NCBI RefSeq assembly: GCF_009914755.1
Contig: NC_060934.1
DNA: 64,000 nt
Source: the human T2T-CHM13v2.0 reference genome, Homo sapiens
Direction: 5' to 3' (one strand)
In this document: positions 44,768-62,263 of the stretch, one piece after another
Layout of the letters: every line of letters starts with the position of its first letter
Position numbering within the stretch: the stretch's first letter is position 1
Notes under the pieces: model-generated
Databases searched by the model: none
Told to the model about the DNA's origin: nothing
Seen by the model: the letters and a program-made list of their open reading frames with translations, nothing else
Position numbers and translations under genes: made by a program

Positions 44768-45865
44768 TAAATTATAAATTTTTCTGAAAACCTGGGAAAG
44801 TTTTCCTCCCACCTACCTGCAGCCCTAGCCTGATCTCTGATCCTTCTATCCTTCTTCTTTCTATCGAGACTGGGTCTCCTTCCTTCCTGGAAATAGACAA
44901 ATACATTTAGGTTATATTCTTTAGAGACAGCGGATTACTATTTACAGATAGTTGTCATTAATGGGCGCAACACTTGTCAAAAGCAAATATTCTGAAAAAA
45001 CAAATACTGGAATTAGTCCAAAACATAGTAAGAGCAAATTACATAGAAATGGTAACAATACATCAACAGCTTTTGCTGGGAAACCAAAAAATTGAGCAAA
45101 CCTAGATTCCAGCCTTTCTGATATTCACTAGTTTGGGCAAGTCAATTTCTCTCTCTGAGCCTGTCTCCTCATCTATTCAAAAAGAAATTGGATGGATCAT
45201 ATCTAAAGCTCCACTCAGCCCTCAGATTGGTAATTGTGTTTTGAATGGCCCTAAAACCCACAACTGCTTGTCTGCTAGCCTAGAGTCAGTGGTTAGCTGG
45301 ATGAAACATGTAGTAGTAGATCAATACAGAGCTTCTCATTTCTAGACTTCCAGCTCCATGTCTGTGTTGGAAAGACTAGGAAATTGTAGCTACTGGATAT
45401 GCTGAGCATGAGATCACACAGCTACAGCTGCTTCCTCCCCTGCTAGAAATACAAACGTGCCCTACCTTAAATAATCCTGGCTCTGGGTCTGTGTGACCTA
45501 CGACTACACTCATTCATTCAACAAGCCTGTGTTAAGTGCTGTGTTTCATGGGGATGCTCAGTGATCAAGGCAGAATTCTAGCCACAGGCTAGTGGGAAGA
45601 TAGTACAGAAGGAGGGATTATGCTGAGTCATGACTAGCAAGATGCTGTGAGCACCAAAGCATTTTTTAGTTAAATCATCTGTGAATGTTTAATAGCAGTG
45701 TACTCCAAGTTTCCGCATAATGCACTCTGGTACCTGTCTTTTCAATTCAACTCTACTCCATGACACCAGAGAGGCATACAAGGGTATGGGAGACCCCATC
45801 CTGACCTAGAAGGAAACACGCAAGTGGTATTCCAATATTTAAAGGAGAGCAAGAGGCGTTTGTGA

Positions 45866-46165
<300 letters not shown>

Positions 46166-46229
46166 TAACAGATTTTCCTGTCAACTATGTAGATGTGGTG
46201 TACATCACAAATTTTCCTTTATACATATT

Positions 46230-46310
46230 CCTCTCTCTCTCCTCTGTCTCTCTCTCTCTCTCTCTCTGTTTATTTTTATACACATACACACACACATACA
46301 CATATATATA
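46230..46310. repeat. (CT)n-(CA)n-(TA)n compound microsatellite
   Basis: Seen directly. Confidence 0.9.
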
Positions 46311-47131
46311 TGTTAGGGGTTGTGAATATCCTAGTCACATGGCACCAAAATACGTTAGTGGTGGCAGGTGTCAGAGTTACCGATAGTGAATCCGTTCGGG
46401 TCTGCAGCAACCCCAATTATTGCTTCCGCAGAAGAAAGAATTCGACTGGGGGGCATAAGGCAGAAAAAGAGACTGAGGCAAGTTTCAGAGCAGGAGTGGA
46501 AGTTTATTAAAAAGCTTTAGAGCAGGAAAGAAAGGAAAGTACACTTGGAAGAGACCCAAGTGGGCAACTTGGAGGACAAGTGCAGCGTTTGACCTTTTGA
46601 CTTGGGGTATATGTTGGCATACTTCTGGGGTCCTGCGTCACTTTTCCCATGATTCTTCCCTTAGGGTGAGCCACCCGCATGCACAGTGCCCTCCTTGTGC
46701 TTGGGAGGGGAGCATGTGCAGTGTGTCTACTGGAGTTGTATGCATGCTCACCTGAGGCATTCTTCCCTTTTCCGGTGGAATGCTCCGGAAAGTCATACTC
46801 TGCCATTTTGTCTCTTAATGTGCATGCTCATGCCCACTCGCCCAATTCCTGAGATTTTAATGGAAGCTGCTGATTACCAATTTCAAGTGTTTTTATCTAT
46901 TGGGAAATTGCCTCTCCCTGGCGCCAGTTGTGACTAATCATTTTATAGGGTGACAACTGCCAGACCATCACGGAATTGCCTCTCTCTAGCACTGGCTGCA
47001 ACCAATTATCATTTTAGAGAGACAGTGTGATAACTCCTGGACCATCACCTGATGGTCGCCTGACATTCCTGGTTTGGAGGGGGGAGCCCTCTCCTGCCCT
47101 GCTCATGCCTGACTAGCTACCTACTCTAACA
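46311..47131 (-). mobile_element. ERV1 solo LTR, MER50-like
   Basis: Reverse complement begins tgttagagtaggtagctagtcaggcatgagcagggcaggagagggc; TG..CA ends; TSD TATA. Confidence 0.85.
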
Positions 47132-47302
47132 TATAAATAGATACAGACGTGTTATTTATAATCCATACCCTAATATTATCACAGCTGGAGCTACATGGAA
47201 CCAGCTAGTAGAAGCAGAACTCTCCCATACTGTTATTAATCACAGTGAAAGACTCAAGTGGCCTAAATCTTGACAGCAGGGAAATGGTCTGATTTCCCTC
47301 AG

Positions 47303-47320
47303 TTCCACCTGGGGGCGCCA
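47303..47320 (+). promoter_or_regulatory. CTCF motif, intron 4
   Basis: CCACCTGGGGGCGC (47305-47318) closely matches core CCASYAGRKGGCRS. Confidence 0.65.
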
Positions 47321-47954
47321 CCTTAGAGCAGTGGTGCGTTTGACATGAAGTGGAGGTGGTTCTACACCTCTCCAGGGAGAGCGCCAGAGGTTGTGCTTAT
47401 TTACTGAACGGTGTTTAGGGATTCCCCAGCAAAGCAAGTTGGTCATCTGGTAGTAAGTTTCTGTATAGTCAAGTGCAAGGTATATTATTCAAGGACAATT
47501 ATCCCAACTCTACTCAGAGGAAGGGGGCTCTGAGCTAGACATCACAAGGGCTTGAATGTAGATTGGCTTTTTGGTGGGTCCAAAATTAACCTTGTCAATG
47601 GAAAAGTCTTCTTATTTCAGTAAGGTCATATTCATTGAAGAGAAAATTATCACCAATATTTGGACATACATTTTTCAGTGAATATTTTGGTTTGGGATTC
47701 TGTAGATCTGGATCCTAACCATTTGTATCTTTGTTCCTAAGGATCGTAAAGGGGTCCTTGGATATATGATGAGCTAGCATTTTCAAGATTGTAGGGAAAT
47801 GTCTTGTTTTCTCCAGATCAATTAGGGAAATACCCCTGCATGTGATGCATGCACATTTCATGAGAAACCAAACTACTAGGTCCATGAATTTGAGAGTCTT
47901 AGACAGTAATTGTCCAACATCACTAATTTAAAATATTTTTCAACTGTCCATTAG

Positions 47955-48050
<96 letters not shown>

Positions 48051-48094
48051 TGAAAATGGTTTTTCAGTTAATCTTATTACTTATTCTGGCTGGT

Positions 48095-48737
<643 letters not shown>

Positions 48738-49563
48738 CTTTGGTCTAGGAAGAAAATGCCTAAATAAATTCAGGTGCCCAGATTATTGCCATGCTGTCGT
48801 GATGTACAAATTGCCTTACCCTCCAAGAGTCTGTCACTCATGGGTACAAACATCATGGGACATGAGGACCATGGGGGGGTTGGTGGGGACAGGACGGAAC
48901 TGCTCTTAAAGAGCAGATTTGTGTCTGAAAATCTCCTTACTGCATCTTCATTTACTTGGAAGCAGGGTTTATTACCTCCCAATTTTCCCTACCTTAGAGT
49001 TGCAAGTGGAAGGGACTTCCACCAGTTCCTTCAAAGCAAAAGTGATGTACAGGCCTAAAATATGGCCATGAGCAGGAGCACAGGCTTGGAGTGTAAACAG
49101 ACCGGGGTTTAAGTTTGGGCTGTGCCACTTCCCACCTGTATGATGGTGGAGAAACTATATAACCTACATGAGCATCTCTTTTCAAAATGTGAGGGTACCT
49201 ATGCAGAGCATGAGTGTCGGTGAGAGACCCAGCAAAAGGGAGAGCCCTATAGAGCTAGCGTATCACTCATGGACAGCACAGGCAGGCCGTCAATTAGACT
49301 ATACCTTAGCCCTGCACAGGTGCCAGAACCTGCTTGTTACTTCTGTTTCATTTTGTAATGCCACATGTCAAGAAAGGACTCACCTGAAATAAAAAATGCC
49401 CTTAAAAATAACCATCACCCACCTGCTCGTTATATTCAGGAGAAACTAGGTCAAAGATTTGCTTATACTTTTTCTTCATTGCCTGAGACCTAGAAAGGGT
49501 CATGACTCGGATGTTATAATGATTATCTTAGAGACTGATGGCATGCCTTTCCCTCCATTTTAG

Positions 49564-49806
<243 letters not shown>

Positions 49807-52590
49807 TGATGCTTGGATCTAAATCCTAGCTCCAGCAGTTTCCAGCTGTGTGATCTTGAGCAAGTTGGTTAAAACCTTTGAACCTTAGTTACCTAATCTA
49901 TGAAAGAGAGATAACATTGATACTTAGCTGAGAAGTCAATCAGTTAATGCAGGCAATGCCTCAGCACTGTGTCTGACACAGAGCAAAGGCGCCCTCCACT
50001 GTGGCTGTTTGTGGTCCTTCACCCAAATGTCAAGCCAGGTTGTGCTGCTGATCTGGTCCTTACTGACTCTTCCGGACATTGGGTCCTGGCTGTCTCCCTG
50101 GGTAAGAGTTGTGGGTGAAGAGTCAAAGACAGAAGGGTTGGCTGCTAAGAATACTTGAACAGAGTTGTTGCCTGGCACAAATGTGAAGATGCCCTAGAAA
50201 CTGTAAAACACCAGGAAAATAGAAGGGAACTGGTGGAAATCTAGGCACAGGGTTGGTATACCCAACCAGGACTCTTTAGCCTAAGACAAGACCGTGGTGG
50301 GACATGAGTGCTGTCATCACCCACCTGAAAGCCTGGCAGGGCCTCTCAGAGGTTGAAGGTAGCCTGGTCACTTCCATTTATGAGGCTCCCAGTAAGTTTT
50401 TTAAAAATGAAGGAATGGCAATACAGTGTGAAAAAAACTGTGTGTTTAAAAAAATGTTTACTTTTAACAAGCAATAAAAATACAATACAGTTGTGATTCA
50501 AAAAGGAGTCACAGCCATAGTCCCTACTCATTTTTTGTAAAGTTGCTAATCTTTGAAAGATTGCTAATAATACAATGCCACATAGGAAATAAAAGAGTCT
50601 AAGAAAAAAAGATCCAGTATTTATATTCCAGGACCCTGAAAGCACACGTTTAATAAGGATGATTTACACCAGTTCTCAAGATGCCATTCAAAAGAAATTT
50701 AAATAAGTATTAAACATAAGTAGCAAGTAAATGGTTTGGAATGATGAGTAAAGACTCTCAATGCTTAGAGAGAAATTGGGAGGCAATATAGTGTTTCATT
50801 TGGATGAAACCCTTATCAAATGACGTCCAGTGCTCTCAGGATCTAAGGGCTTCCAATTCCCTAGCTTTGTAAACTGGACTTTTGTTCTTCCTGTTGAGCT
50901 TTTCCAACCCTTTGAATGAAACAGCTTTATTCATTTAGTCAATCAGTGATTTCCATCTAACTGTTTAATGCTACCAGTTCTATGCAGAAATCAAGGAATG
51001 CCCTCCCATTATACTTATACCCCCACAAGTAGTTATAGGCACCCCTTGGAGCAGCACTACAATGAATGGAATTGCCAATGGGAATAGCTTAGAATACTGT
51101 GAAGGGTAAGCTAATTGAACATATTGAAAGGACAGTTCATGGTCAGATGGATAACCTGATCCAGTTTTACTCATATTTGCACTTGATTGCAGTTCCCTGA
51201 GGCTTGAGCGTGCACATGCCACGTTTGCCTTGAAAAGTCAGTTTATGAACTATAGCAGCACATATTTAACCTTATACTGTGTGATAAGTTTCCTGTAATA
51301 AGTTAGTCGCCTTGCCATACCAAAAAGGAAAGCCAATTAAATTACTTTCATGGATGTCAACAAATCATCATAGTCTTACATGTTCATTCCTGATAGGTGC
51401 ACATCTTCTTAAAGAAATAGTTGTGAATCCTGACTTTTGGATCGTGTATATCACTGCATAAGCACAGGTGTTTGTGGTTACCCAGTGAGTTGTACTTTGA
51501 ATATTAGTCATGATGACAGTTTCTGTATTACAGCCTAATAGAGCATTGCTTCTTAGATCAAACTCCTCATGCTCACAAAAATGGCCATGTTGCAATAATT
51601 TTTAGAAATGTGGCTTTTTAATAAAAATAAAAAATAAGTATCATATTGAAATAAAGAAAGTAGTGTTCCACAAGTGGCGTGGTTTGGTATTGGACACAGT
51701 TTATAGGTGTATTCATATGAATACCATTTTCTCTTGGTCTTGCCAGCATGTTTCCGTGACTGTCCCCATTAGAGATAACATGGGAAATTTGGCAGGGTGT
51801 GCAAGCCAAATGGCCACCCTGCTGCCTCCCTTCCACAATCCCAGGGTGAGAAACAAGGACCAATAGATTTACTCTTGTCATTTCAGAGGGCCAGTGGCAG
51901 GTGAAATCGCAAAGAAGTAGACTTAGGCTTTTCAAAAGAAAGAACTGGCACAACAGAGTTTACAATTAGGAAACAGGCTCCTCTGGAGGTATCAGAGTTC
52001 CCCATTATTAGAGTCAAGCAAAGTTTGAATGGCCCCCTCTTGGAGACCCTAGATAGGAGAGCAGCGATGCTGAAGCATGATTTGATGTCCCTCAGGCTCT
52101 ATGGATCTAATCACCAGGCTCATCTCCTCACCAATACTTCACCCCAATCCTTGGAGATAAGCCTCCCTTCTCCTTTCCTCTTTCTTTCCAAATCTCCCTC
52201 CACACTGCTCTGTGGGAACCACCAAGTTAGCTTTTCATCATAACAACTCTGAACTTTCATTAATTCATGCTGGTCAGGCAAAGAAGCAACAAGCTAAACC
52301 ACCTAAGATATTTCCTGCCTTGCTTCAGACACACATCTACTCTGCTCCTATTCTTGACTTTAATTTTTTAATGGATCCATCACCTTCCAACTCTAAATCT
52401 CCTCATCCCAAATCTTTATGCGTTACCTTTTAAAAAACAGTAGGACACAGCCTATTGATCAAGAAGGCTGGTTCTTCAGTAGGAAGTCAGATCTGAACAG
52501 TTTGGATTCCAGAGGGATGTGAAATATTGTCTCCTTCTCAGGAAATTGTAAGCCTCTAGGTTAGAAAGCAAAGAACCACTGTTACCCTGA

Positions 52591-52899
<309 letters not shown>

Positions 52900-53981
52900 T
52901 AAATAACTTGGGTGGCTTTGCCTCCTCTGCCCGAATACTTCAGTGGCTCCCTGACTTGGACAGGCATCTGAAACGGCACAAAAGGCTGTGATCTGGTGCC
53001 AGCTTCTTTCTACAGCTTTATCTCCTGCCTCTCACATTTCATTTCAGCAACCCCAAATGGCTTGTCATCCCCTGCACATTCAGAGCTGTTTCTTGCCTGT
53101 TGCTTTGCTTACTCAGACTTTTCTGCTTTGACTGCCATTCCTCAAATTGTCGCTTGGCTGACTTCCCCTCATTCTTTAACACTCAATTTAGATGGCACCT
53201 TCTCCAGAAAGCCTTCCTTGACTCCCTCTTTCTCCATGCTGGATTAGTGCCCCTCTTCCATGCTCCCTGAGTACCTGCAAAGCCCTTGATCCACATAGTT
53301 ACAGTGATTTGTTCCTGTGTGTGGTTTCTCCACTAAGTTTGTAGAGCTTAGTTCTCAGCAAGACTAGTTCATGATGCCTAGCACAAAGTAGGTGCTCAAG
53401 AAATCTTGGTTGAGTCAATAAATGACTGACTGAATGAATTCATGAATGAGTGAACGCTTCACAAGGATGTATGTTGTTGTTGGATATTGAGGCCTGCATT
53501 TCAGAAAGGGATTTCTTTCCTCCCACAGCCTCCTCTACCTCTTTCTCCAGCCCTCTCACCTGGTGGCTTTTGGCCATCCTAACAAAATAGGTTTGGGGCA
53601 AGGAAGAAAGTAAGAGAAGATCAAATCTAAGATAATGCCTTTACTCCATGTCATAATTCCAAGAGCGCTACCTTGTATTATGTGAATACAATTCTTAGTT
53701 TGCTTGTTGTCATGCTTGTCTCCATGTGTGTATGTGTGGGTGCATGTAGGTTTGTGTGAGTGTGTAGAATAAATAATTTTTTTGTTATTTTTTGCCTTGA
53801 TATACATAATCAGATACATGCTATGTATGACTTTTTCTGTGTCATAAATTTATTTTGTAAGGAACAGCGATGTGTAACCAAGGATATTTTGTTTCTTAAA
53901 AAAAAGTCAAGAACCTTCTATGTTGCACATCTTAAGCATAGGGCATAGAAACAAAGGTGATTTTTTAAAAATGAAGACTAA

Positions 53982-54179
<198 letters not shown>

Positions 54180-56596
54180 TGAATTTTGCACATTACTTGC
54201 CTTATAATTGTGTAATGACCATCTAATCAATTCTCAATTATTTGTGGCAGCTTATACAAAGCCATATGACCTACAATAAGACTTTCCTGTTTTGGGTCCT
54301 AGAGTACATGTTATGAATATGTCCTGTATCTTGTTTATTTATACTTACCCTATTGCCAACAGGGCCAAGGGTGGCTATGCATTTGTGTTTGACATGCAGA
54401 GGCATTAAAGCACCCAATCAAAGTGAAAAGTATGCACTATGAAGACCTGGGAAATGTAAGCTGGAAAGCTGCAAGCTTGGGTGAGGTGGCAGGACTGCAA
54501 AGACTGGGATAAAATCAGTCTAAGAGGTGTTGATAGTGCCTCGATAGATTCGAGGCACTTCGTGCTGAGATGGAATGAAGGAAACTAATGAGGGCAAGCT
54601 GAGCCCTGCAGAGGTCATGGCTCAGAAGCCCCCATACATTGCAGAGATCAGACTTGTGACAGGCCTATTGCCTGGTGGAGGAAACCAAAGTAAGCTAAGC
54701 TAACCCTGCAGCCAGAGCCACATGCAAGCCCTGACTCCTGTCCAACTCTAGTGAGAGCCTCACTTCCTAGAGAGACCAGAGGGTCCTACCCTTGGGACCT
54801 GTAGATAGGTCTGGCTGGGCTGGTGTTTCTCCTCACAGCTTCCTCCTTCCTGAGTAGTTTGCATCTGTTTGGTGTGGACCAAGCTTACTGATATCCCAGA
54901 AAAGGAAAACCTCAGATAAAGTGAAAATAAAAGCTAGAAACACAACCCTAGGGCCAGGGGCACTGGAAGTGAAGACTCAACTTTAGAACCAGATCCAAAC
55001 TGACACGAGTTTGAATACTGGGCGTCGAGTCTTCCCAGAAGGAGTTGGAGGGAATTAGAAGCGAAGGGCAGGGAAGGGATCCTGGCTAGAGAGCCTCACA
55101 CTCAGCCTTGCAACCCTCCTCAGAAGGCACCTGAGACTAAATTTGGACGGAGCCTTCCTGTGGGAGGTCAAGCTGAGTGCATCTCCCTCCTGCCCCACAG
55201 CTCTCTTCCTGAGAACTGGCCGCTCTGTACCCTGGGGAGGATGGGAAGGATGGAGAGGTGGGGAAATGCCTCCTCCTAGTCAGGAGTTTCTCAGTGTCCA
55301 GTAGGAAAAATAAAAGAACATGCTGATGTCAATATTCAGTCAACCAGTGGGTATTGATGGGGAAGCCAGAGCCCAGAGGGCTGCCCTGTAGATAGCCGGG
55401 GCTGGAGATCTAGAGGTGGCATCAGGGGTTGTGTGCATGTTTGACAACTGTGGCCTGCTGCAGACAACCTTCTGAATATGCAGACAGGAGCATTACGTTC
55501 AAGGATGCATTCTCAAACACCTTGCAAAATTCAAGACAAAACCCAATAAAGAATGGCCCATTTCTCTCTTACCCACCAAGTGACTGTTTACTGTTAGGAA
55601 TCCAGCTTTGTGGGCTTTTTTTTTTTTTTTAAGGGAAGGTGTGTTATTACAAATTTGGCTTTCATGTGAGACTTGTTCATATGTTTTATATCTCCTTTTT
55701 CAAATTTACATAATTGAAATTTACACAAAAGGCTGCTATTCTGTACTAGTTTCAGCAAGTTTCCTTAAAAAGTGGAATTGTATTTTCCGGAGCTGGTGAT
55801 TCGAGGTTAACTACGGCAACATCTACCACCTCCTCCAGAGGTTCTTCCTAACATTAGTGCTTCCCCCTTCAAATGGTGTTTTTTCTTCAAGGCGTTGAAG
55901 GGTGAAGAGTTCCCTCTATTGAGGTCAACAAAATAAAAAGTATCTTTTTGAATTGAGATAATGTCTTGTGCAGGTTTGTAGAAGAAAGACAAAGCATGAT
56001 TCCTAACAATAATCAATTTACCAATGATGCTCAAAGTGTGGTCCCTGGTCCGGGAACACCAGCATTGCCTGGGAACCTGTCAGAAATGCCCTCCCTGCCC
56101 CTCCTGCATCACTCTGGGGACAGAGCCCTGCAAACTGAGCTTTAGCAAACCTTCCAATTGCTTCTGATGATAGCGCTTTTAAACATCTAACCTAAAGAGT
56201 ACATGGTAACAAATCACACATCCCAGTAGCTTGATGACATTATTTGAGGGTTACTTGCTGTTTTTGTTGCCAGATTTAGTGGTTGCTAGCACGTTTCTCT
56301 CTCCTGTCCCCACATCTGCCCTGTGCCATCAGGAACTCCCACCAAGAATGGCAACTCGATTGGGCACATCTTAGAATCACTTGTCCACTTTCTGGATAGG
56401 CAACTTTAAGTGAAACATGTGTCATTAACTTTATCCCACTTTCTCCAAGGCAGGTGGACTAACACTCTCATGAGAAAGAGTCTCCCAAGTGCTACCTAGA
56501 AATAGCAAGTCATCTTGCCCCAAAGTTAGACTCAGCCTCCAGCCACAACGCTTTTGGCTGGTTAAACCTGGTCATCAGTATAATATGAAGGGACAC

Positions 56597-57025
56597 TGTC
56601 TTTGTCCATTTACCTTGCTATAAAGGAACACCTGAGGCTCGGTAATTTATAAAGAAAAGACGTTTACTTGGCCCATGGTTCTGCAGGATGTATAAGAAGC
56701 ACGACACCAAGCATCTGCTTCTGGTGCGGCCTCAGGGGGCTTACACTCATGGCAGAAGGCAAGGAAGAGCTGGCAGGTGCCGAGGTCACAGGGTGAGAGA
56801 GAAAGCAAGACAGAGTGGGGAGGGGCCAGGCTCTTTGTAACCCCCAGCTTTCACGGGAGCTAACAAAGTGAGAACTCACTCATTACCATGAGGATGAGGA
56901 CGGCACAAGTCATTCATGAGAGATCTTCCCCTATGACCCAAAGACCTCCCATTAGGCCCCACCTCCAACATTGGGGATCAAATTTCTACGTGAGATTTAG
57001 GGGGACAAACATCCAAACTATAGCA
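56597..57025 (-). mobile_element. MSTB-like MaLR solo LTR
   Basis: ttgctataaaggaacacctgagg...ggggacaaacatccaaactatagca; TSD GACAC. Confidence 0.88.
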
Positions 57026-57062
57026 GACACTAACTCAAAGCTGCTCCCCAGAAACAATATGA

Positions 57063-57368
<306 letters not shown>

Positions 57369-57626
57369 TGAGGTTCAGAAGTGGAGAGGGAGATTTTCTT
57401 GCAGTTTTGCCATTAAGTGGCTTTGCTTCAGCCTCTCTCATCGCTAAATTCCTTTTCCGTAAAGGGAAGATAATGCAACCACTTTCTTAGTGTTTTCTCC
57501 TAGTGTTTGCAGGTGGGCCTTTAATGCAAGGCCAAACACATGTCCATGTTCTGCTCGAATCTGAAAAGATTTCATTAAGAATCCAGTGTTAAATCATAGA
57601 TCTTCTTCATCAGGGCCTTTTCCTGA

Positions 57627-57932
<306 letters not shown>

Positions 57933-58297
57933 TGAAAGACGTAGGCCGAGTCTACCTGGGCCCAGGGGAGAGATGACGGCAACAGGGGCTGGGTGACAGG
58001 GGAGGGGCCAGTACCCAGAAACCTCTAACTCAAGGCATCCTGTCCACACATGGCCAAGTATGACAGATTAATTTAGAACAGTTATTCCCAGTGTGTGGTC
58101 CCCAACACCAGCAGCAGCAACCTTACCCAGGAACAGGTTAGACATGGAAATTCTTCACCCCACTCCAAACCTATGGAATCAAATCAGCATCTCTGGGGAT
58201 TTCAGCCCAGAAATTTGTTTGGAAAAGGCTTCTAGGTGTTTCTGATGCAGCTCAAGTAGGAGAACCACTGAAGTACAGAAACCAGCAAGGGGATTGA

Positions 58298-59421
58298 AAT
58301 AGGAAACAATTAATAAAGTGGAGAGGCAACTCACAGATTGGGAAAAAATATCTGCACATCATACATCACATAAGGGCCATTATCCAGCATATACAAGGAA
58401 ACCAAAAGACTCAATAACAAGAAAACAAATAATCCTATTTAAAAATGGGCAAAGGACTTGAATAGATATTTCTCAAAAGAAGACATATAAATGGCAAGCA
58501 GATATTGCCATCTTGCTTAACATCTCTAATCATCAGAGAAATGCAAATTAAAACCACAATAAGATGTTATCTCACATCCGTCAGATTGGCTATTATCAAA
58601 AACATGAAAGACAGCAGGTGTTAGTGAGGCTGTGGAGAAAAGGGAACCCTCTTGTATTGTTGGTGGTGTTGTAAATTACACATTTTGGAAAATAGTATGG
58701 AAGTTCCTCAAAAAACTAAAAACAGGGCTACCATATGATCCAGCAATCTTACTTCTGGGTATATAGCCAAAGGAAATGAACTCAGTATGTCAAAGAGAGG
58801 TCTGCACTCCCGTGTTCATTGCAGCATGATACACCATAGCCAAGATATTATATAAAAACAACCTAAGCATCCACAGCAGATGAATGGATTTTTAAAATGT
58901 AGTATATGCACAGTGGAGTATGACACAGCCTTTCGAAAACAGGACATTCTGTCATTTGAGACAACATGGTTGAACCTAGAGGACATTATGTTAAGTGGAA
59001 TAAGTCAGGCACAGAGAGACAAATACTGTATGATCTCGTTTCTGTATATGTAGAATCTAAAACAGTCAAACTCGTAGAAGTACAGAATAGAATGTAGAAT
59101 GGTGGTTAGCAGAGGCTGGGGGATGAGGACAGAAAATGGACAGGGAAAAGGGTCAACAAGTACAAAGTTCCAGTCAGACAGGTGGAATAAACTCTGTTCT
59201 ATTGCACAGTATGGTGACTATAGTTAATAAAAGTGTATATTTCAAAGTAGCTAAAAGAGAGGATTTTTAATGTTCTTACCACAAAGAAATGGTAGATGTT
59301 TGAGGTGATGGACATGCTAATTAGTCTGATTTTATCATTCTGCAATGTATATAGATGTATCAAAATACCATATTATAACCCACAAATGCATACAATTATT
59401 ATATGTTAATTAAAAATAAAA
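58298..59421 (+). mobile_element. L1MA-family 3' fragment (MER5A-like element just upstream, ~58078-58270)
   Basis: aaaaatgggcaaaggacttgaatagatatttctcaaaagaagacat...ccatatgatccagcaat...aattaaaaataaaa. Confidence 0.9.
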
Positions 59422-60381
59422 TCAAGCTATAAAATTTTTCTGAAAGAGCACAAGTTGAGTTCATCCCAGACCTGGTTGCAAGCTCCTGCTCTGCTTCTTG
59501 CTGTTGGGTGATCTTGGACAAGTTCCCTATATCCTGTAAAACTCAATTTTCCCGTCAGGAAAATGAGGACGATGACCTTAGCTACTTCCCTGAGTTGCAG
59601 AGACATTAGGTGACATGATGTTCTCAAAGCCTCAGCACCAAGCCAGCACGTGGCCAGTACTGGATAAGTAGTAGCTTCCATATCCTGTCACTCACAGGAG
59701 AGGACACCTGTGATTTGAGTCCCATTCGCATGTGTTCCACCCTCCCAACTAAACACCTCACCCTGTTTCTCCTGTTTTCCCAGGTAGCTGGTTGTTGCTT
59801 TGAGTGAAATGGGTTCGTAGAGGGTTTTTTATACAGATGAATGACACAACACAAATTAATTGTTCTCAGCCGTGGGTTAAATGTCAGGTGTCTTTGCTTT
59901 GGACTGGAATTAATTCAGCACAGCATCTTAGCACTGGGATTTCTTACTCTAATCACAAATGTTGACTGACAACTAAATGCTTTTTTCATTCCTAAAAAAA
60001 GGGGAAGAAAAGAAAAAATATACCATAAATGCAACTTGTCTGATAGACATAAATCTTTGGGAACACATAGTTGATTGAGAAAGGGGAACGTTCCAGAAAG
60101 AAGTCCTTGGTTATGCAATGTCATGCCAGTTAAGCATCACTGGCTGAAGTGGTTGACATTTGCCCATTTTATTTTTAAGATGGACATGTTTTCAACACAT
60201 TCTAGTCTGTTTCCTCAGAGTACTCAGAAATTGTTGCTGTTGGTTCTGCAAGGCACTGGCAGAGCACTAAGCTCTTTTGCTTTTTAGCTGGGTGACTTTA
60301 AACAAATAAAGGACTTCTGATTGCAAAGTCCATCTCCTCAACCATCCCGGGTGAGCTTTCCTAAAATAGCAAATTGTTCCT

Positions 60382-60399
60382 TACCACTAGAGGGCACCA
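60382..60399 (+). promoter_or_regulatory. CTCF motif, intron 9
   Basis: CCACTAGAGGGCAC (60384-60397) matches the core consensus. Confidence 0.7.
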
Positions 60400-61172
60400 G
60401 TATCCCAGGCTTGCTCCCTACTCCCACATGAAGAGGACAAAATTTCTAGATTGTGTTTCTCTCAGGAAAACTAGTCTCCATGACAATTCGTTGCCCTCCT
60501 TTCCCAAGGTGTTCCTGTCCTCTGTCTTAGGCTTCATGTATTGCTCCCTTCAGTCTCAGAGCCCATTCCTGACTGTGGGAGATGTCATCCAGGAGCAGTT
60601 GACTTAGACGATCAGTTTCATGGCATCTCAGTGTGAAAGGATGTTAAAGCCAGAGGGAGTCTTAATCATGTCCTTCCTCCATCCTTTCATTCACTCAACC
60701 AAGACTCAGGGAGTCTGGATGACTTGACAGGAGATGCACAGCCAGGTAGGGACAAAGTCCAGGCTGGAACGGGTTCCCTGACTCCTCCATCCTCTTTTAC
60801 AATAACAATATTCCAAATCATGTAACACCCACCAAACTAGTATTTATCCAGCATTTACTCTGGACCAGGCATTATCCTGGTAGAACGCTCACGCTATTCA
60901 TTTATTCATTCAATAAAACATTTGCTATACATCTTCTACATGCGAGGCACTATTTGAGGGAATACAGTTGTGGACAGAACAAACCAGGTTCCTGCTCTCA
61001 CAGAGCTTACATTCTAGTGTGTTCATGGGAGCACGGACTTCTGTCACCAGAGAATTTGGCCCTGGGGGAGGAAAATCACTTTGAGAATGTTTAGTGGAGT
61101 TACATATTTCACTAGAGGGATGTAGCCACCTAATACTGAAGACATTCTAGACGTGTTAATAATTTATTTTAA

Positions 61173-61286
<114 letters not shown>

Positions 61287-61961
61287 TAAAAGGGGCTACT
61301 TTGATCCTCATCCCCAAGGCTGGCCCCCGAGCTCTTTTCATGGACTGATTTTAGTATCCAGGTATGGTTTCCTTTGTCATGCGTGTTCTATTTCCAGTTC
61401 ATCATAGTTGAGGGCAGCAAGAAAGATTTCCACAGACTCGCAGTTTCCACCCGGCCCAGAATGCAATTCGAGAGATTTTGGCTGAAACATGATGAGCTAA
61501 TTGGGCTTCCAGAACAAGTCCAGCAGTGAACATTAACTGGGTTTGGTATATCCTCGGTGTTGGCAATGAGTAACTCCAAAGTAAACCAGGGATCCCCAGA
61601 AATCACAAATACTACTTGTGTACCCCTCAAATGCAGGGGGCAGTGGCATTTTGAGTGGCCATGTAGGCCATTAACAACAGTCTCCTGCAAGAAAGAGAGC
61701 AACAGAGCTGCCCTGAGACATAAATGAGCATCCAGCTAGTCTCATTGACTACCCATGTCACTCATTTGGTGTGCTAGTCTTACTGTGGTCATGATCCAAT
61801 TCATCCCTCAGCAAAACGATAGATGCCTGTAGAAGTTAGAAGAGTTAAATATCCAACTGTTAAATCCACAGTTCTAAGGGCTACTCTTCTTACAGATATC
61901 AAGGACACCAAAATAGGCTCCATGGGGAAGAAAACTCAAAATAACTAGAAGTAATGGTAGT

Positions 61962-62263
<302 letters not shown>
